DNA from: Eledone cirrhosa
Lineage: Eukaryota
Reading direction: 5' to 3'
Assembly (NCBI GenBank): GCA_964016885.1
Contig: OZ024743.1
Coordinates: 262,942,001-263,006,000, forward strand
Length of the DNA: 64,000 nucleotides
The position numbers and the translations under genes were made by a program. A model generated the notes under the pieces. That model did not search any database and was not told the origin of the DNA. It was given only the letters and a program-made list of their open reading frames with translations. Positions 37,213 to 49,886 of the stretch are shown here, in pieces. How positions within the stretch are numbered: position 1 is the first letter of the stretch; the number at the start of each line of letters is the position of its first letter.

Positions 37213-39182
37213 CAGTTGCTCTCTTTTGTCTTTTGATTTTTTTTCTGTTTTTTTTTTGTTTTTTTTTTCTGCCTCAGCTCAAACCTCTCCTATACTGCAC
37301 CCCCCCCCCCCCCCCCCCTCACCATTTTATTTTGTTATCAAAAACTTAAATTTCTGTCTTCAGGTATCCTCACTGTCTTTTACTGTTCTTATGACATTCA
37401 ACTTATATATCCATCATTCTTTGCAATTATTATTATTTTGATTATTATTATTAGAGCAGTGGATTGGCAGTATCGGTAGGACATCGGATAACATGCTTTG
37501 TGGCATATATTTACGATCATTTACATTTTAAATTCAGATCTTGCCGAGGTTAGCTTTGTTTTTCATCCTTTCAGGGTCAATAAAATAAAGTACCAGTAAT
37601 GCACTGAGGTTGATTTAACTGTCTTTTCCCATCCCCTAAAATTGTTGGCCTTATGCCTAAATCAGAAACCATCATTATTATTATTGGCATGCTTTGACGT
37701 ATAGAGTTACGGCCCTTGCCATTCTGAGTTCAAATCCCGCCGAGGTTAACTTTGCCTTTCATCCTTACGGGGTCGATAAAATAAAGTACCAGTAATGCAC
37801 TGGGTAATTGCTGGCCTTGTGCCTAACGTAGAAACAATTATTATTATTATTGGCAATGAGTTAACAAAATCGTTAGAGCATTGGTCAAATATCTTCTAGT
37901 ATTTCTTCCAGCTATTTATATTCTAAGTTGAAATGCTGCCAGGATCAACTTTGTTTTTCATCCTTCTGGGGGTACTGGATGTGAAATAAAGTACATGCCA
38001 AGGACTGGGGTCAATTTAATCGCTCCCACCTCCTTCCATGTGTCTAAATTCGAAATCATTTTTATTTTTATTAGGTAGTGGATTGGCAGAATCATGAGGT
38101 AGTGCTGGTTCCATGATGAAAAGCACCAAACCCACTCTGTAAAGTTGTGTTGGTGCCATGATGAAAAGCTCCCAGTGCACCCTGTGAGATGGTAGTGCTG
38201 GTGTCATGACAAAAAGCAACCAGTGCACCTTGTAAGGTGGCATAGCTGGAGTCATAATAAAATGCTTCCAATACGTGCTCTAATGGGGTTGGCATTAGGA
38301 ATAGCATTCAACCATAGAAACCAAGCCAAAATGGAGTTTACGAGCAGGACATGGTCACCTCACCAGTCTAGCCTCAGCATGTGACAACCTGTTTAACCAA
38401 ATGGTGATTATGATTATGATGGTGATTAGAGTATTGGACAAAATACCTTGCAGTTTTTGTTTGTGCTCTTTATGTTCTAAGTCCTGCCACAATTTAATTG
38501 ACTAGCTCCTCCCCATTTCTGGGTTTGTGTCTATGTTAGAAATTATTGTTATTGAGTGGTAAAAGTATTAGCATGCCTAGCCAAATGCCCTATGGTGTGA
38601 AGTTATTCTGTTTACATTCTGTGTTTAAATCCTGGTACCTTATTAAATCAACTCTGGAAGGATGGAAGGTAAAGTTAATTTCAGTAGGATTTGAACTCAG
38701 AATGAATGTTAAATGTTGTAACTAAATATGTTTCGATATTTTGTTTGATGCTCCAATGATTTTGGCAATCCACTACACTAATAATAATAATGGGTTCTAC
38801 TTTTGGCACAAGGCCAGCAATTACCCAGTGCATTACTGGTACTTTATTTTATCGACTCCGTAAGGATGAAAGGCAAAGTTAACCTCGGCGGGATTTGAAC
38901 TCAGAATGGCAAGAGCCGTAACTCTATGCGTCAAAGCATGGCGTCCGACCCTCTACCAATACTGCCAAAATAATGATTTCATTTATTGGTCACAATGATA
39001 ATAATAATAGCAACAACATAATCTTTGTTTAGGTTCCTATGAATGATTATTTCAGTCTGTTGCCTGTATTTTGTTTGCCATGCCTCCAAATATGAAGTAA
39101 TTGTTTGGTTATCTCTTTCTTCTTCTCTCTCTCCTCTTTCCTTCTATCACTCTTTCTCTATTTCTCTCTCTGTATATGTGTG

Positions 39183-39220
<38 letters not shown>

Positions 39221-40313
39221 TTCTTTTTTCTCAACTTGATAATACAAAATAGTGAGAAGGTAACTTAGGCTTAAGTGTAGTAGATCAGTTTCCAAAAGCC
39301 AAGAAGTGTTTTACACCCATAATGTATATTCAGCATTTCTGTTAGGCCTTTTAAAAGCTTTGAGAATTTGAGTAAATACACCTATATTGAGAGTATATTT
39401 CTGTTTATTTTATCCTCACCCATTTTTTTCTGTGAGTTTTTGAAACAAACTAAAATGAAGCTGCATCATATTCAGTTTTTGATTTTGTTATCTTCCTGAT
39501 GTCTAATTGTTATTGGCAATAGAGTATACATAGTTCCATTTTAGGAACTAATTTTGGACCTGTGACATGGTTCTATGGCTAGACACACTTCTTACCACTA
39601 ACCATTTTCCACAGTGGTCCCTAGCACTAGAGGTGTTGTTAGTGTCCACAACAAAGACAAAAGAGTCCTCTTTACCCTACATTGTCCCATGTCACCTACA
39701 CTTGAGGGATTGTTTTGTTCCTTACTAGGCTAAAGGATCTTTTTCACTTGATGTAGTCGTCATTGTTCTAAGGCAAACGTGATTGAAAGTTCCAAGTAAA
39801 TCCTTCTCATATTTAAATTAGAATTTTCACTGGAATCTAATTACATGATACTGTGATGTTTCAATGAGTTAAACTACCTTCAGAGTTACGTAAAAGAACT
39901 TTTAGTATTACCGATAAGTATTATTTAGTTAGTTTACTAGAAACCCCTTCTAAATTCTTGGTTATTTAAAAAAATTATTGAAAGTCACTTAAGCAGTCTT
40001 TTCTTGTTTAGAAACTGGTTTATGATAGGGTTAGAGATATATATTTTGAATAGACATTGGTTATTCTAGATATATACAATTTACTTAAAATTGCACATAT
40101 GCATCATCATCATTATATGTATGTGTGAATATGTATGTATTATACATATATATGCATATGTGTGTGTGAAGTGTTTTTCCATTGAAATTATTATGTTTGT
40201 CTGTTAACATTGGAATTAACCTTTTCATTACCATATTGTTAATAAAATACATTGCTTGAGATTTTTGGAGGGATTTGTTAAAATAACTAACTTTTTCATT
40301 ATTAAACTGGTGA

Positions 40314-41906
40314 TTAACCCCTTGCCCCTCTAACTATGAGTATAGTTGTGACATTAAATTGTCAATGAAAGTCAAAGCACGCTGTCAATCATTTGTTTAC
40401 ATTTGACATTCGTAGTTGAATCACGAATATAGGCATTGTACGAGAGGTGATGTAAATGTGATGTAAATGTAAAATACTCAGTGGTTAGATGAATTAGGAA
40501 ACTATTTTTAGTTTTAACCAATCAGAGAATGTTTTATAAATAAATTTTGAATATAAGAGTATGTTGCAAATAATTATTCCCTTTTTGAGAGAGACAGAGT
40601 GACATGTTTTTATATCGAGCATATATATCAACAAATATGGCATCAGAAAGTGAAAATGATGTTGATAGATTCAGAAGAAATCTTGGGCCAGTAAATATTT
40701 TAGATTTTGAGAACAAAGAGCTAGATTTTTTTCTTTCAAATATTTAATAAGCATTTGTTCAATAAGCTGGTGGTTGGAACAAACAAATATTCTGAAATAA
40801 AAGGCCCTGATCAAAAATGGCGAAACACAACTGCGTTGGAAATGAGGGCCTATATTGTGTTTCAGATAGTGATGGAAGTTGTTTCTGTCCCTATTCAGGA
40901 CATGTATTTTTTAAAAGATAATTCATTCTGGTCGACAGGGAGGAGGGAATTGTTTACAAGGGCCAGACTGGACAAACTGAACCAGTATTTCCATATTCCA
41001 AATGTCACCCAGAATCCAGCATGTGGTCAGGTTCATTCTGAACCTGACCCATCAACTTATTGGGGACTATTCCTATAAAAGGAGAGTGCCTTTGGAAGAA
41101 ATTCCCCAGGTTCAAGGTGCTATGCACTGGCCTTGTAGACTTAGGGGAAAAGATAATTTGCAAGCAGTGTTCCAAACAAAATATTAGAAGGGAACCAAAA
41201 ACAGCTTGTGAGCAATGCAAGGTAAATCTCTGTATTAACTGTTTCAAGCCCTATTATCTGGAACATTTCCCTTAAAGGTATGTGTATGTTGATACTTACA
41301 GGTAATTTTTTTTTTTTTCATGTTTTTGCTTACATTTTATTATATTAAATTGGTGCATCCATAGTTTGCATTTGGGGCAGAGGATGGAATTTCTACCTAC
41401 ACCTTTCCTACATACTGAGCAGGGCCATTTCCCTAAGGGGGATCTGGGTTCTATAATATATATATATATATTATAAAGAGTCGGGACCCCGATGGTTGAG
41501 CTCTTGCTGACTCTTTTTAATATAACCATACTCTACTATCCCAAGTATTGAGTACTCTATAATGACATTTTTTGGAATATCCTTTAGAAAATTCACTTTT
41601 GAATTTTCACTGAAAATGTCATGCTATCTTAATAATTTATAAACTTAGAGCAATTTTGGTATGGTCATGTTAAAAAACTATCGATTATCACAATTTTGAT
41701 TAGGGAGGTAGTGTCAAAACAAAAGGAGGTTAGTGTCAAATACTAAGGGAAATAACCATATATGAACACAAGTACAACAAGGGAAAAATTATAACATAGA
41801 TTAACTAATTTCCCTATAAAAGTGATGGAAGGTTTTTAGATAAATAAATAGCTTTGCACTAGAGAATCGTGTGCAATTACAGGTGACTTAGTATTAAAAG
41901 AGTTAA
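40314..41906 (+). mobile_element. Internally deleted piggyBac-like DNA transposon relic
   Basis: TTAA-CCC start and GAG-TTAA end. N-terminal transposase motifs (TNKY...W...T..EMRAYI...R.R.DKLNQYFH) abut a C-terminal Cys-rich domain (CKQC...CEQCKVNLC..CF), with no DDD catalytic region. A short antisense RTE fragment is inserted at about 41352-41450. Confidence 0.8.
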
Positions 41907-42439
41907 ATTATATGAATTATTTTTCACTTTCCAAAAATAATGACTGCTGTGTGTTACTTGATTGCAAAACTATTATTTCTAATTGCATACTTGTCATCAA
42001 CATTTACTTCAAATCATTATTTAACACAATATGTAACATGATATGTCTATACAATTCTATAGTTATTGGTGTGGTGTTGCATGTACAGAAGCTTTTCTTT
42101 TGTATTGAAATGAAATACCATTGATAAGGAAATTGGCTAATTAAGGATATTGCTAAATGCTTTTATGGCAGATATAAACAGGCATGGGCCTACAGTTTAG
42201 AAGGTTCTTAGTCACATTGTTTTATTTTAATTTCAGTTCTGTTACTTGTAAATACATCTTGTACACTGCACATACATGTATATACTCATAACCTATTCAT
42301 AGATCATATATGCTTATATATGATTGCTAAAATACTTAATGAACATATATATATATAAGCTGAGCTCTTGTTGTTTCAACAGCTAATTACTCTACTATCT
42401 CAAGTATCGAGTGTTCTTCTGAATAATGGTCTTACTAAT

Positions 42440-42665
42440 TTAACGCTTTAGCATTCACATTACTCTATATATACTATTATATTTTCATGGTAAAGGCTTT
42501 ACCTCGCATAATTATCTCACATAATATCGAATCTATGAGATTTTGACAGTATTTATTTTGAGAACAATACCTTAACATCAGTTTGAGCGACCAGTTACAG
42601 CCAGTTTCAACAGACAGGTAGAGAATTCTGGCCAGTTTTGGCCGGTTTGAACATTAAAGAGTTAA
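42440..42665. mobile_element. TTAA-flanked MITE (piggyBac-type); second copy at about 63731-63954
   Basis: TTAA-CGCTTTAGCATTCA...TGAACATTAAAGAG-TTAA. The internal sequence is clearly shared between the two copies. Confidence 0.75.
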
Positions 42666-45600
42666 AACTTGTAAAATCCTAATCTATCTATCTGTCTTTC
42701 TATCTCGCTCTCTCTCTATATATACAATTCTATCAGGCGTTAATGTCCATAATATATATAACCTAAGCTAGTGTGGAAAAGTGGATGTTAAATGATGATG
42801 ATGGGTGTGTGTGTGTATGTATATGTATATATATGTTTCTGTAGTTAAATAGTTTGCTTTGTAGCCACACGCCTTCAGGTTCAGGACCACTGTATGATGC
42901 CACAATTGTCTTCCATGAAAGCTTGCTGTTAAACAATGCTTTGCAAGTGAAATGTGGAAGCCCATTGTATATGTGTGTATGAGTATGTCTTTGTTTGCAT
43001 TTACTGTTTCTTTATGTTCTGTAACTTAGCAGTTTGGCAAGACAGGATTGATAAAAATAAGTACTAGACTTGAAAAAATATGTACTGAGGTTGATATGAT
43101 TGACTAAATACCCTACAGCTAGTGCCCCAGTATGACCACTGTCTAATGATGAAACAAATAAAATAATAATTATAAATACACACATTATATGACTTTATAT
43201 CTTGTGGCAAATGCTCTAAGGATTGAAACTAAAGTGTTTTATTGGATGGATGGACTTATTTCTGTGTTAAATTTTAGTTTTTCACTCATCATTCCAAGAT
43301 TGCTGAGTTACCCAATTCTATGTCCATGTAAGTTTCCTGGTGAATTCTATGTCCATGTAAGTTTCCTGGTGATATACGATGATTGGACTTTTGTGCTTCA
43401 TTGGCATGTATTTATTTGTTCATGGAAACTGGCAAGTTTTTCTTGTAACATCAAGCCAGAATCTTTTGCTGGCTTCATAGATTTTCTATTTAATGGATGT
43501 AAAATGTAGAATTCTCAATCACCTGTCTTGCTATCAAATACTGTTACTTTTCAAATGTTACTTTTGTATCATCTGTGATATCTTTTCTCTGTGATCCTGA
43601 TACTGTAAAATCTTTTTCTTTTCCATTGTCGGTAGGGTCACTTTCTTTTTACAGACATTTTAACAGTGACAAATACAATTACTAGTAACTGATATATATT
43701 CAGAGCAAAGCCATTGAGTGAATGGAAACACCACTGATATTATCATGTCTTTATCCCTTTCATGGTTGTATTTCAGTTAATTAATGAAGAATTTTGAGGG
43801 TTATCACTCTCTCTTCTGGAGACAGATGGGTACCTACACATATGTTACTATGGTGCCCTTCTATCAGGAGTTACATGTCTATAATATATACATGCATGTC
43901 AACATATGATTCTTTTATGAAATTACATTGGAAATTTTTAATTCAAATAACATCCCTTTAAAATGGGTGGTTTTGTTCCATAGATACAAAGTCAGTTTTG
44001 AGTGGGTTGGTATCAAAAGGGTTAAATCTTTCAGCATATTGCTCATTTTTCTGTTGAAATTATTTTAATACTGTTTATAGTGATTGACTGACATCAAACT
44101 AGTGGACTGACCAACTCATGGGACTTTGGATAACCATTAGCAAAGTATGTAATCAATGTTAATAACGCCACTTTGATGTACCATTTTTACATGTTCCTCG
44201 GAAATTCAAATTCGCTTTTAATTAGTGGAAACAAAAGACAAAATCGTAGCACTAGTATTATTGTAGAGTTCAAGATACACACACTGTAGATAACTGAATT
44301 TTAATGAGACCATGAGATCTTGTTTGGATAATCCGAAATTCAAATAATTGAAGTTTGGATATTGGAATTACAGAAAATAGATGTTTGACTGTATATACAT
44401 GTTTGTGTATTTATATATATGGATCTATTTATGTTTGTGTATGCATGTATGTGTACAAAATGTTTTTGTGCATGTGCTGTATTACTATTGTATCTGTTTT
44501 AAGTGTGATTTACACATTTCCAAGACATGATTGCCAAAATTATTCACTTCCATTTATTTACTAATTTTCCCAAATCAGTGCTATTTATTGCTGTGTTTGA
44601 TGTATGACAGCACTTTTGAGTTGATCATTAGATTTCCTAGCTCTGTGGTGGTAGTAGTAGTAGTAGTAGCAGCAGCAGTAGCAACACTAATATTAGCAGC
44701 AACAGTAGTAGTAGCAGTAGTAACAGTACTAGCTGGTGGTGCTCAACTGTCATATCTGAGTAGTTGTTTCTCCTACTGGTAGTCAATCATATCAGTATGG
44801 CTTCTGTTTTTCCACATTGAACGTCAGATAGTGTGGAAGATTTTATTTTCCTTTATATGAGTTATTAGTAGCTGTACCCGACTTTGCTCAGGTTTATTAA
44901 TACTTAAAACAATACAAGCACATGGAATTTACTATAATTTGGATGATTTGCTTTAAAAAGTAGCTGACAATCTTTAGTAGGTTTGGGAATATTGATTCAC
45001 TCAGAATTGTTTCATCCAAGCAGTTGACAAAAATGCACAAAATATCAACAAACAAATATAGAACTTAAAATATCTTACTATTATGTATTATAATTTTCCT
45101 CTCACTGTCGTTGATTGCCTCTGAAGTTAACTATTTACACAATAGTCTTTGTGTTTTCCCTTCCTGAAATTGGTTGGCTCTGGGACTATGTTGTTGCTCA
45201 GATGATTAACTTTGAACTGCATTGTGGCCCAGTCTGCTGCTTTCAAAACTCGTACTGTCACACACCTTGTTTTCTTTTGGAGACATAATGTCACTCAGCT
45301 GGTTGCCTATGTTCTTCTGTTACCATCTTATTGATTCCAAGGTGCTAACAATTCTACCACACCTCTCTCCCATCTCTGCTGTGCTGTAGTTTATATTCTA
45401 CTGTATACTCAACTAGTCTATATAGGCATTTGTCAGCTACCTCCTATTAGCTGTCTGGTGACTTTATTGTAAACCCTAATCGTAAAAAGAGGTGGCAAAT
45501 TGGCAGAGTCGTTAGAACATCGGATAGAATGCTTTGTATTCATTCTGGCTCTCTGCACCCTGAGTTCAAATCCTACCAAGGTCAACTTTGCTTTTCATCC

Positions 45601-46168
45601 TTTCAAGGTCAATAAAAAAGTACCAATCCAATACTAGGGTTGATTCTTCCTCTACATCTCTGTCACTACCTCTCATTCTCTGGAAGAAATCAGCTGTTTT
45701 CAGACTTGGAGAGGAGATGGGCTTGCCAGGTTTTAACAGTTCCCAGGAAATGGGTTAAAGATTAAGAATAGTAAAAAATGAAAAAAAAAAAAGATTTCAT
45801 GGTGAAATACAAAAGAAAGATTAGCTATGAAATGATTTAATGACACTATTTTTCATAGATATAGAAATGATTTAAAGAAGCATTATTTCATTACAGGATA
45901 TTGCATTATATACTGTTGCTTTGAAGATGCAGTATTGTTTCTGCATTATTATTGTAACTGTTTCTTGTTTTGTTTTTTCTTTAAATTCATAATAATTACC
46001 CAAACTCTCATCAGCTATTTGTCTGTGTAAATTGATCTGTGCCAGATCACTTGCTTTTTTGATTTAAAGAAGTAGCTTTCTATACTTTTGAGTATTATAT
46101 AAGTAGGAATTTTCATGAGATATTGCGTGTGTGTATATGTATGTGCGTGTGTGTGTAGAAGCAGAAGC

Positions 46169-46292
46169 TTCTCCAATTAAAAAATATAATCCCTAATATC
46201 CAGATTCACATAATTCCCTATGAAGAGTGCATACTCTTCATAGGGAATTATGTGAATCTGGATATTAGGGATTATATTTTTTAATTGGAGAA
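46169..46292. repeat. Perfect palindrome, 60-bp arms, 4-nt loop (GCAT)
   Basis: 46169-46228 is the reverse complement of 46233-46292. Confidence 0.95.
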
Positions 46293-46591
46293 AGGGTAGT
46301 GTTGTTAAAAATTATTATAGTTTGAAGTATCTGAATTTTTTTTGGATTTTGTGCTTGCAGGATATTATTAGTTCTTGTCTTTTATTAATAGATTCATTCG
46401 AAATTTTATTTAATGATGATTTGATATTGTTAAGTTTACATTTATTAATAGCTTCCACTAATGAAGTCATATTCACCAATTTACTGTGTTTAAATGAGTG
46501 TGAATGAAAATAAAATCGTTTTTTGAAAGAAATAGCTGCTGCTCCTTTATAAGTCTGTGTACTGTTTTTCATAATGAGTTAACATTGATAT

Positions 46592-47075
46592 ACTGGGATG
46601 AGCTGATAAACTCCGACCTCACACACTTACACCTCTCCAAGACAATGTCACTGGACCGAGACCTTTGGCGGTACTCAGTAACAGAGAAGACCCGCCTTGC
46701 CAGTAGGCATCTCTAACAAAATACACCCCGTCCCGCCACCACCCCCACCCCATCCACACCACCCCGTTCTATGTAAAGTTATGTTGGTGCCGCGCCATCC
46801 AGGCCGAAACAAATGAGATCGTGTAGGTGTCACGACAAAAAAACACACAGTCCACGCTGTAATGTGGCCGTGTAGGCAACACGGTAAAAGCCTCCCAGAC
46901 CCACACTGTAAATGTGGTTGGTGTTAGGAAGGGCATCCAACTGTAGAAAACCTGCCAGACAGTCCTATGCGAGCAAGACAATCACTCTTGCCTCAAGTGG
47001 GACTACCCCCGTCCAAACCCATGCAAGCGTGGAACACGGACGTTAAACGTTGATGATGATGATAATGATGATGAT
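46592..47075 (+). mobile_element. RTE LINE 3' end (same subfamily as 16375-16882); shorter 3' ends at about 51157-51462 and 52863-53148
   Basis: WDELINSDLTHLHLSKTMSLDRDLWR, the 3' UTR and a (GAT)n tail. Confidence 0.9.
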
Positions 47076-47122
47076 ACTACGCTGTTAATTAAACAATTTC
47101 CCTTAAGCGGGCAGTTTATATA

Positions 47123-47189
<67 letters not shown>

Positions 47190-47882
47190 ATATATATATA
47201 TATATATATGGAAATGACTTCTACAAGACTAGAACAGTTTCATTCGTATAATTTCATACAAATAAAACAGTTCTTGTCCTTTAGAAGTTTATATATAATA
47301 AATATGCCTACTGAGTATTTTTTTTAAATGTTGTTACTTTCCCGACACTATTCGGGAATATATATATATATATTACTAAAATGAATGAAGATGCCATGTC
47401 TGAGAAATTACAGACATGCGCCATATTGCCTGTAATGAAAGCTCAAGGATGAATTCCGTGAATTCCGAGTTCTTTATACAAATTCAAGAGTGAATGACAT
47501 ATATAGAAATATATCAAACAACTATTATCTCCTGTGTATTGTTTAAGTGGAGGCATGTGGCCTAGTGATAAGGGTGTTGGACTTACGATCATTATGTCAT
47601 GGGTTTGATTCCTGGGCTGAGTTGCATGTTGTGTTCTTGAGCAAAACACTTCATTTCACATTGCTCTAGTTTACTCAGCTGTAAATGAGTACCAGCAATA
47701 GCTGGCGGTTTAACCCTGCGATGGATTGGCATCCTGTCCAGGGAAATCTTGTACTCTGTTGTTTCACGCCATGAAACCAGGATAAGCACCAGTCTAATGA
47801 GCCTTCTGGCTTAAAATAGTCTTTTAGACTTAGACTGTATTGTTTGATATATTTCTATATATGTCATTATCTCTTGAATTTA

Positions 47883-47942
<60 letters not shown>

Positions 47943-49212
47943 ACATGCAAGCACACACATATATATATGTATGAATACTATTGAATTGCATAGTAATTTC
48001 ATCTTTAGAATCACCAAAGATAGTAAACTATTTCTGATGCTTCAAAAGATGAAATTGTAGTTAAATAGCATTCTCAAATTTATTCAATGTTATCCTTCAT
48101 TTACTTAATTATTACTCTACTTCTAGTATTGAATACTTTTAAATCATTGTTGGTTGCCTGTATATTGTACAATTATATATATATATATATATATATAAAT
48201 ATATATGTATGTATCTATTTACTTATATAAATATATATGTGTGTATGTGTATATATAAAATGAAGAGAACCAAGGTTTTCAAATTAAATCCATTTTTAAT
48301 ATCTACAATCATTTCTATACAGGTGAAAGCTTACATGCAAATGTAAATGAGTCAATCAGAAACAATTAACAATTATTTACACATTACACAAATACCTGGA
48401 TATCATAGGAATATAAAAAGGGTTTGAATTTAACCAAATACATATATCTAGAACATAGGCATTATCAAATGTTGAATATAGGCAAACATTTGAAGAACAC
48501 AAGCAAAGCAGGGTAGAAGTATAAAGTGCTAAATAAGATGACAAAGTCATTGGTGTTAGTAAAATAACACACAGACAAAGAAGCAAAATAGCCCTGAGGC
48601 CACAAAAGTAATTAGTGTTTGCATTAATAGATATGCAATAAATAGCTAATAACATACTTATTACTATTATTCAGGTTCCTCATTCCAATGTAAAGGAAGA
48701 TCAGAAGTAGAAAATATAATACACATTGATAATAGCAGGCATTCTGAGTTATTATATATTTATATATATATAATAATAATAATAATAATAGTAACAAAAT
48801 TAAGCTATTGAATAGGACCGACACAGCTTCGGTCGTTTTCTCATTCAATAATTTAATTAAATCTGTATTAATAAGATACAAACCCAAGAAAATTAGTGTG
48901 CGCACTTATATGTTAATTAGGGAGAAAAATGATTTTGTGTGGGTAGAAAATTTGATTTTCTGGCTTCAGACCAATGCATTAGTTTCTGTGACTCCATCTA
49001 TCTATATATATATAGGCCAGAGATGCAGATCCCTGGCCTGTCTGGGAGATCAGTAGCCCTGCTTCAGTACTAACTTAGGTAGATCTGTCCAATCTTGCTA
49101 GCAGGGCAAGTGGACATTAAGACAATAAGATGATATATAAAAATATAGAAGATATTCAACTTGGGTTCCTTTTATGCAATTCTGACTTCAATAAATTCCA
49201 AAGCTGCATGTT

Positions 49213-49243
<31 letters not shown>

Positions 49244-49793
49244 GTACATATATGCACGTATAACACACACATATATATATATTGTATTACATGATAATGG
49301 AATATTTGTATACAGAGAGAGAATGTCAACTGAAAATTAAGATTGAAACTGAGAAACTTAGTGGTGTAGAGAAGCCTCAGGTTTAGATAAGTGGATATAT
49401 ATATATTCTGTTTACATTGGATGGTTTAACTAATAGGTAGCCGGGTTTGTGATCCAATCATTCCAATTATCAGACTGTGATGCAATAAGCAAAAGCACTC
49501 AACGTTATGCATATCATTCATCATATATATGGTATCATGGTTGGTAGAGGAATGGAATTAAAATACTTCAATGAAAATATAAGAAGGCTAGGTTCCAATA
49601 TTTTCCTGGACTGATGCATAATTACATAATACATATGTAGTTATACAACATCAAAAGAAGATATTTGGAATCCAACATTCTTATATTTTCATTGAAATAT
49701 ATATATATATAATATGCATGCGTGTTCCTTTATCACAATTTTACAACCTTTTTCTTTTTAAGTTTGTTTGTGTAACATTTTCCCTGTGTTAAA

Positions 49794-49811
49794 TCCTTAA
49801 CATTGCCTTAG
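49794..49811 (+). promoter_or_regulatory. U12 branch point TCCTTAAC plus AG acceptor of exon 8
   Basis: TCCTTAAC at 49794-49801 puts the branch A 11-12 nt upstream of the 3' splice site, with no long polypyrimidine tract in between. This is classic GT-AG U12 geometry. Confidence 0.92.
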
Positions 49812-49886
49812 ATGTTGCTGTTGTGATAGGTTTCATTCTACTTAATGAAGCTAATAATTTAAAAGGAGATCCAGGCAAGAAAAGAA
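49812..49886 (+). CDS. TUSC3: TUSC3/MAGT1-like exon '8' (75 nt): (N/Y)VAVVIGFILLNEANNLKGDPGKKR+A
   Basis: U12-type acceptor TCCTTAAC-attgccttAG and A|gtaagt donor; phase 1-1. Matches the family G..LLNEA...KGD.GKRR pattern. Confidence 0.94.
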
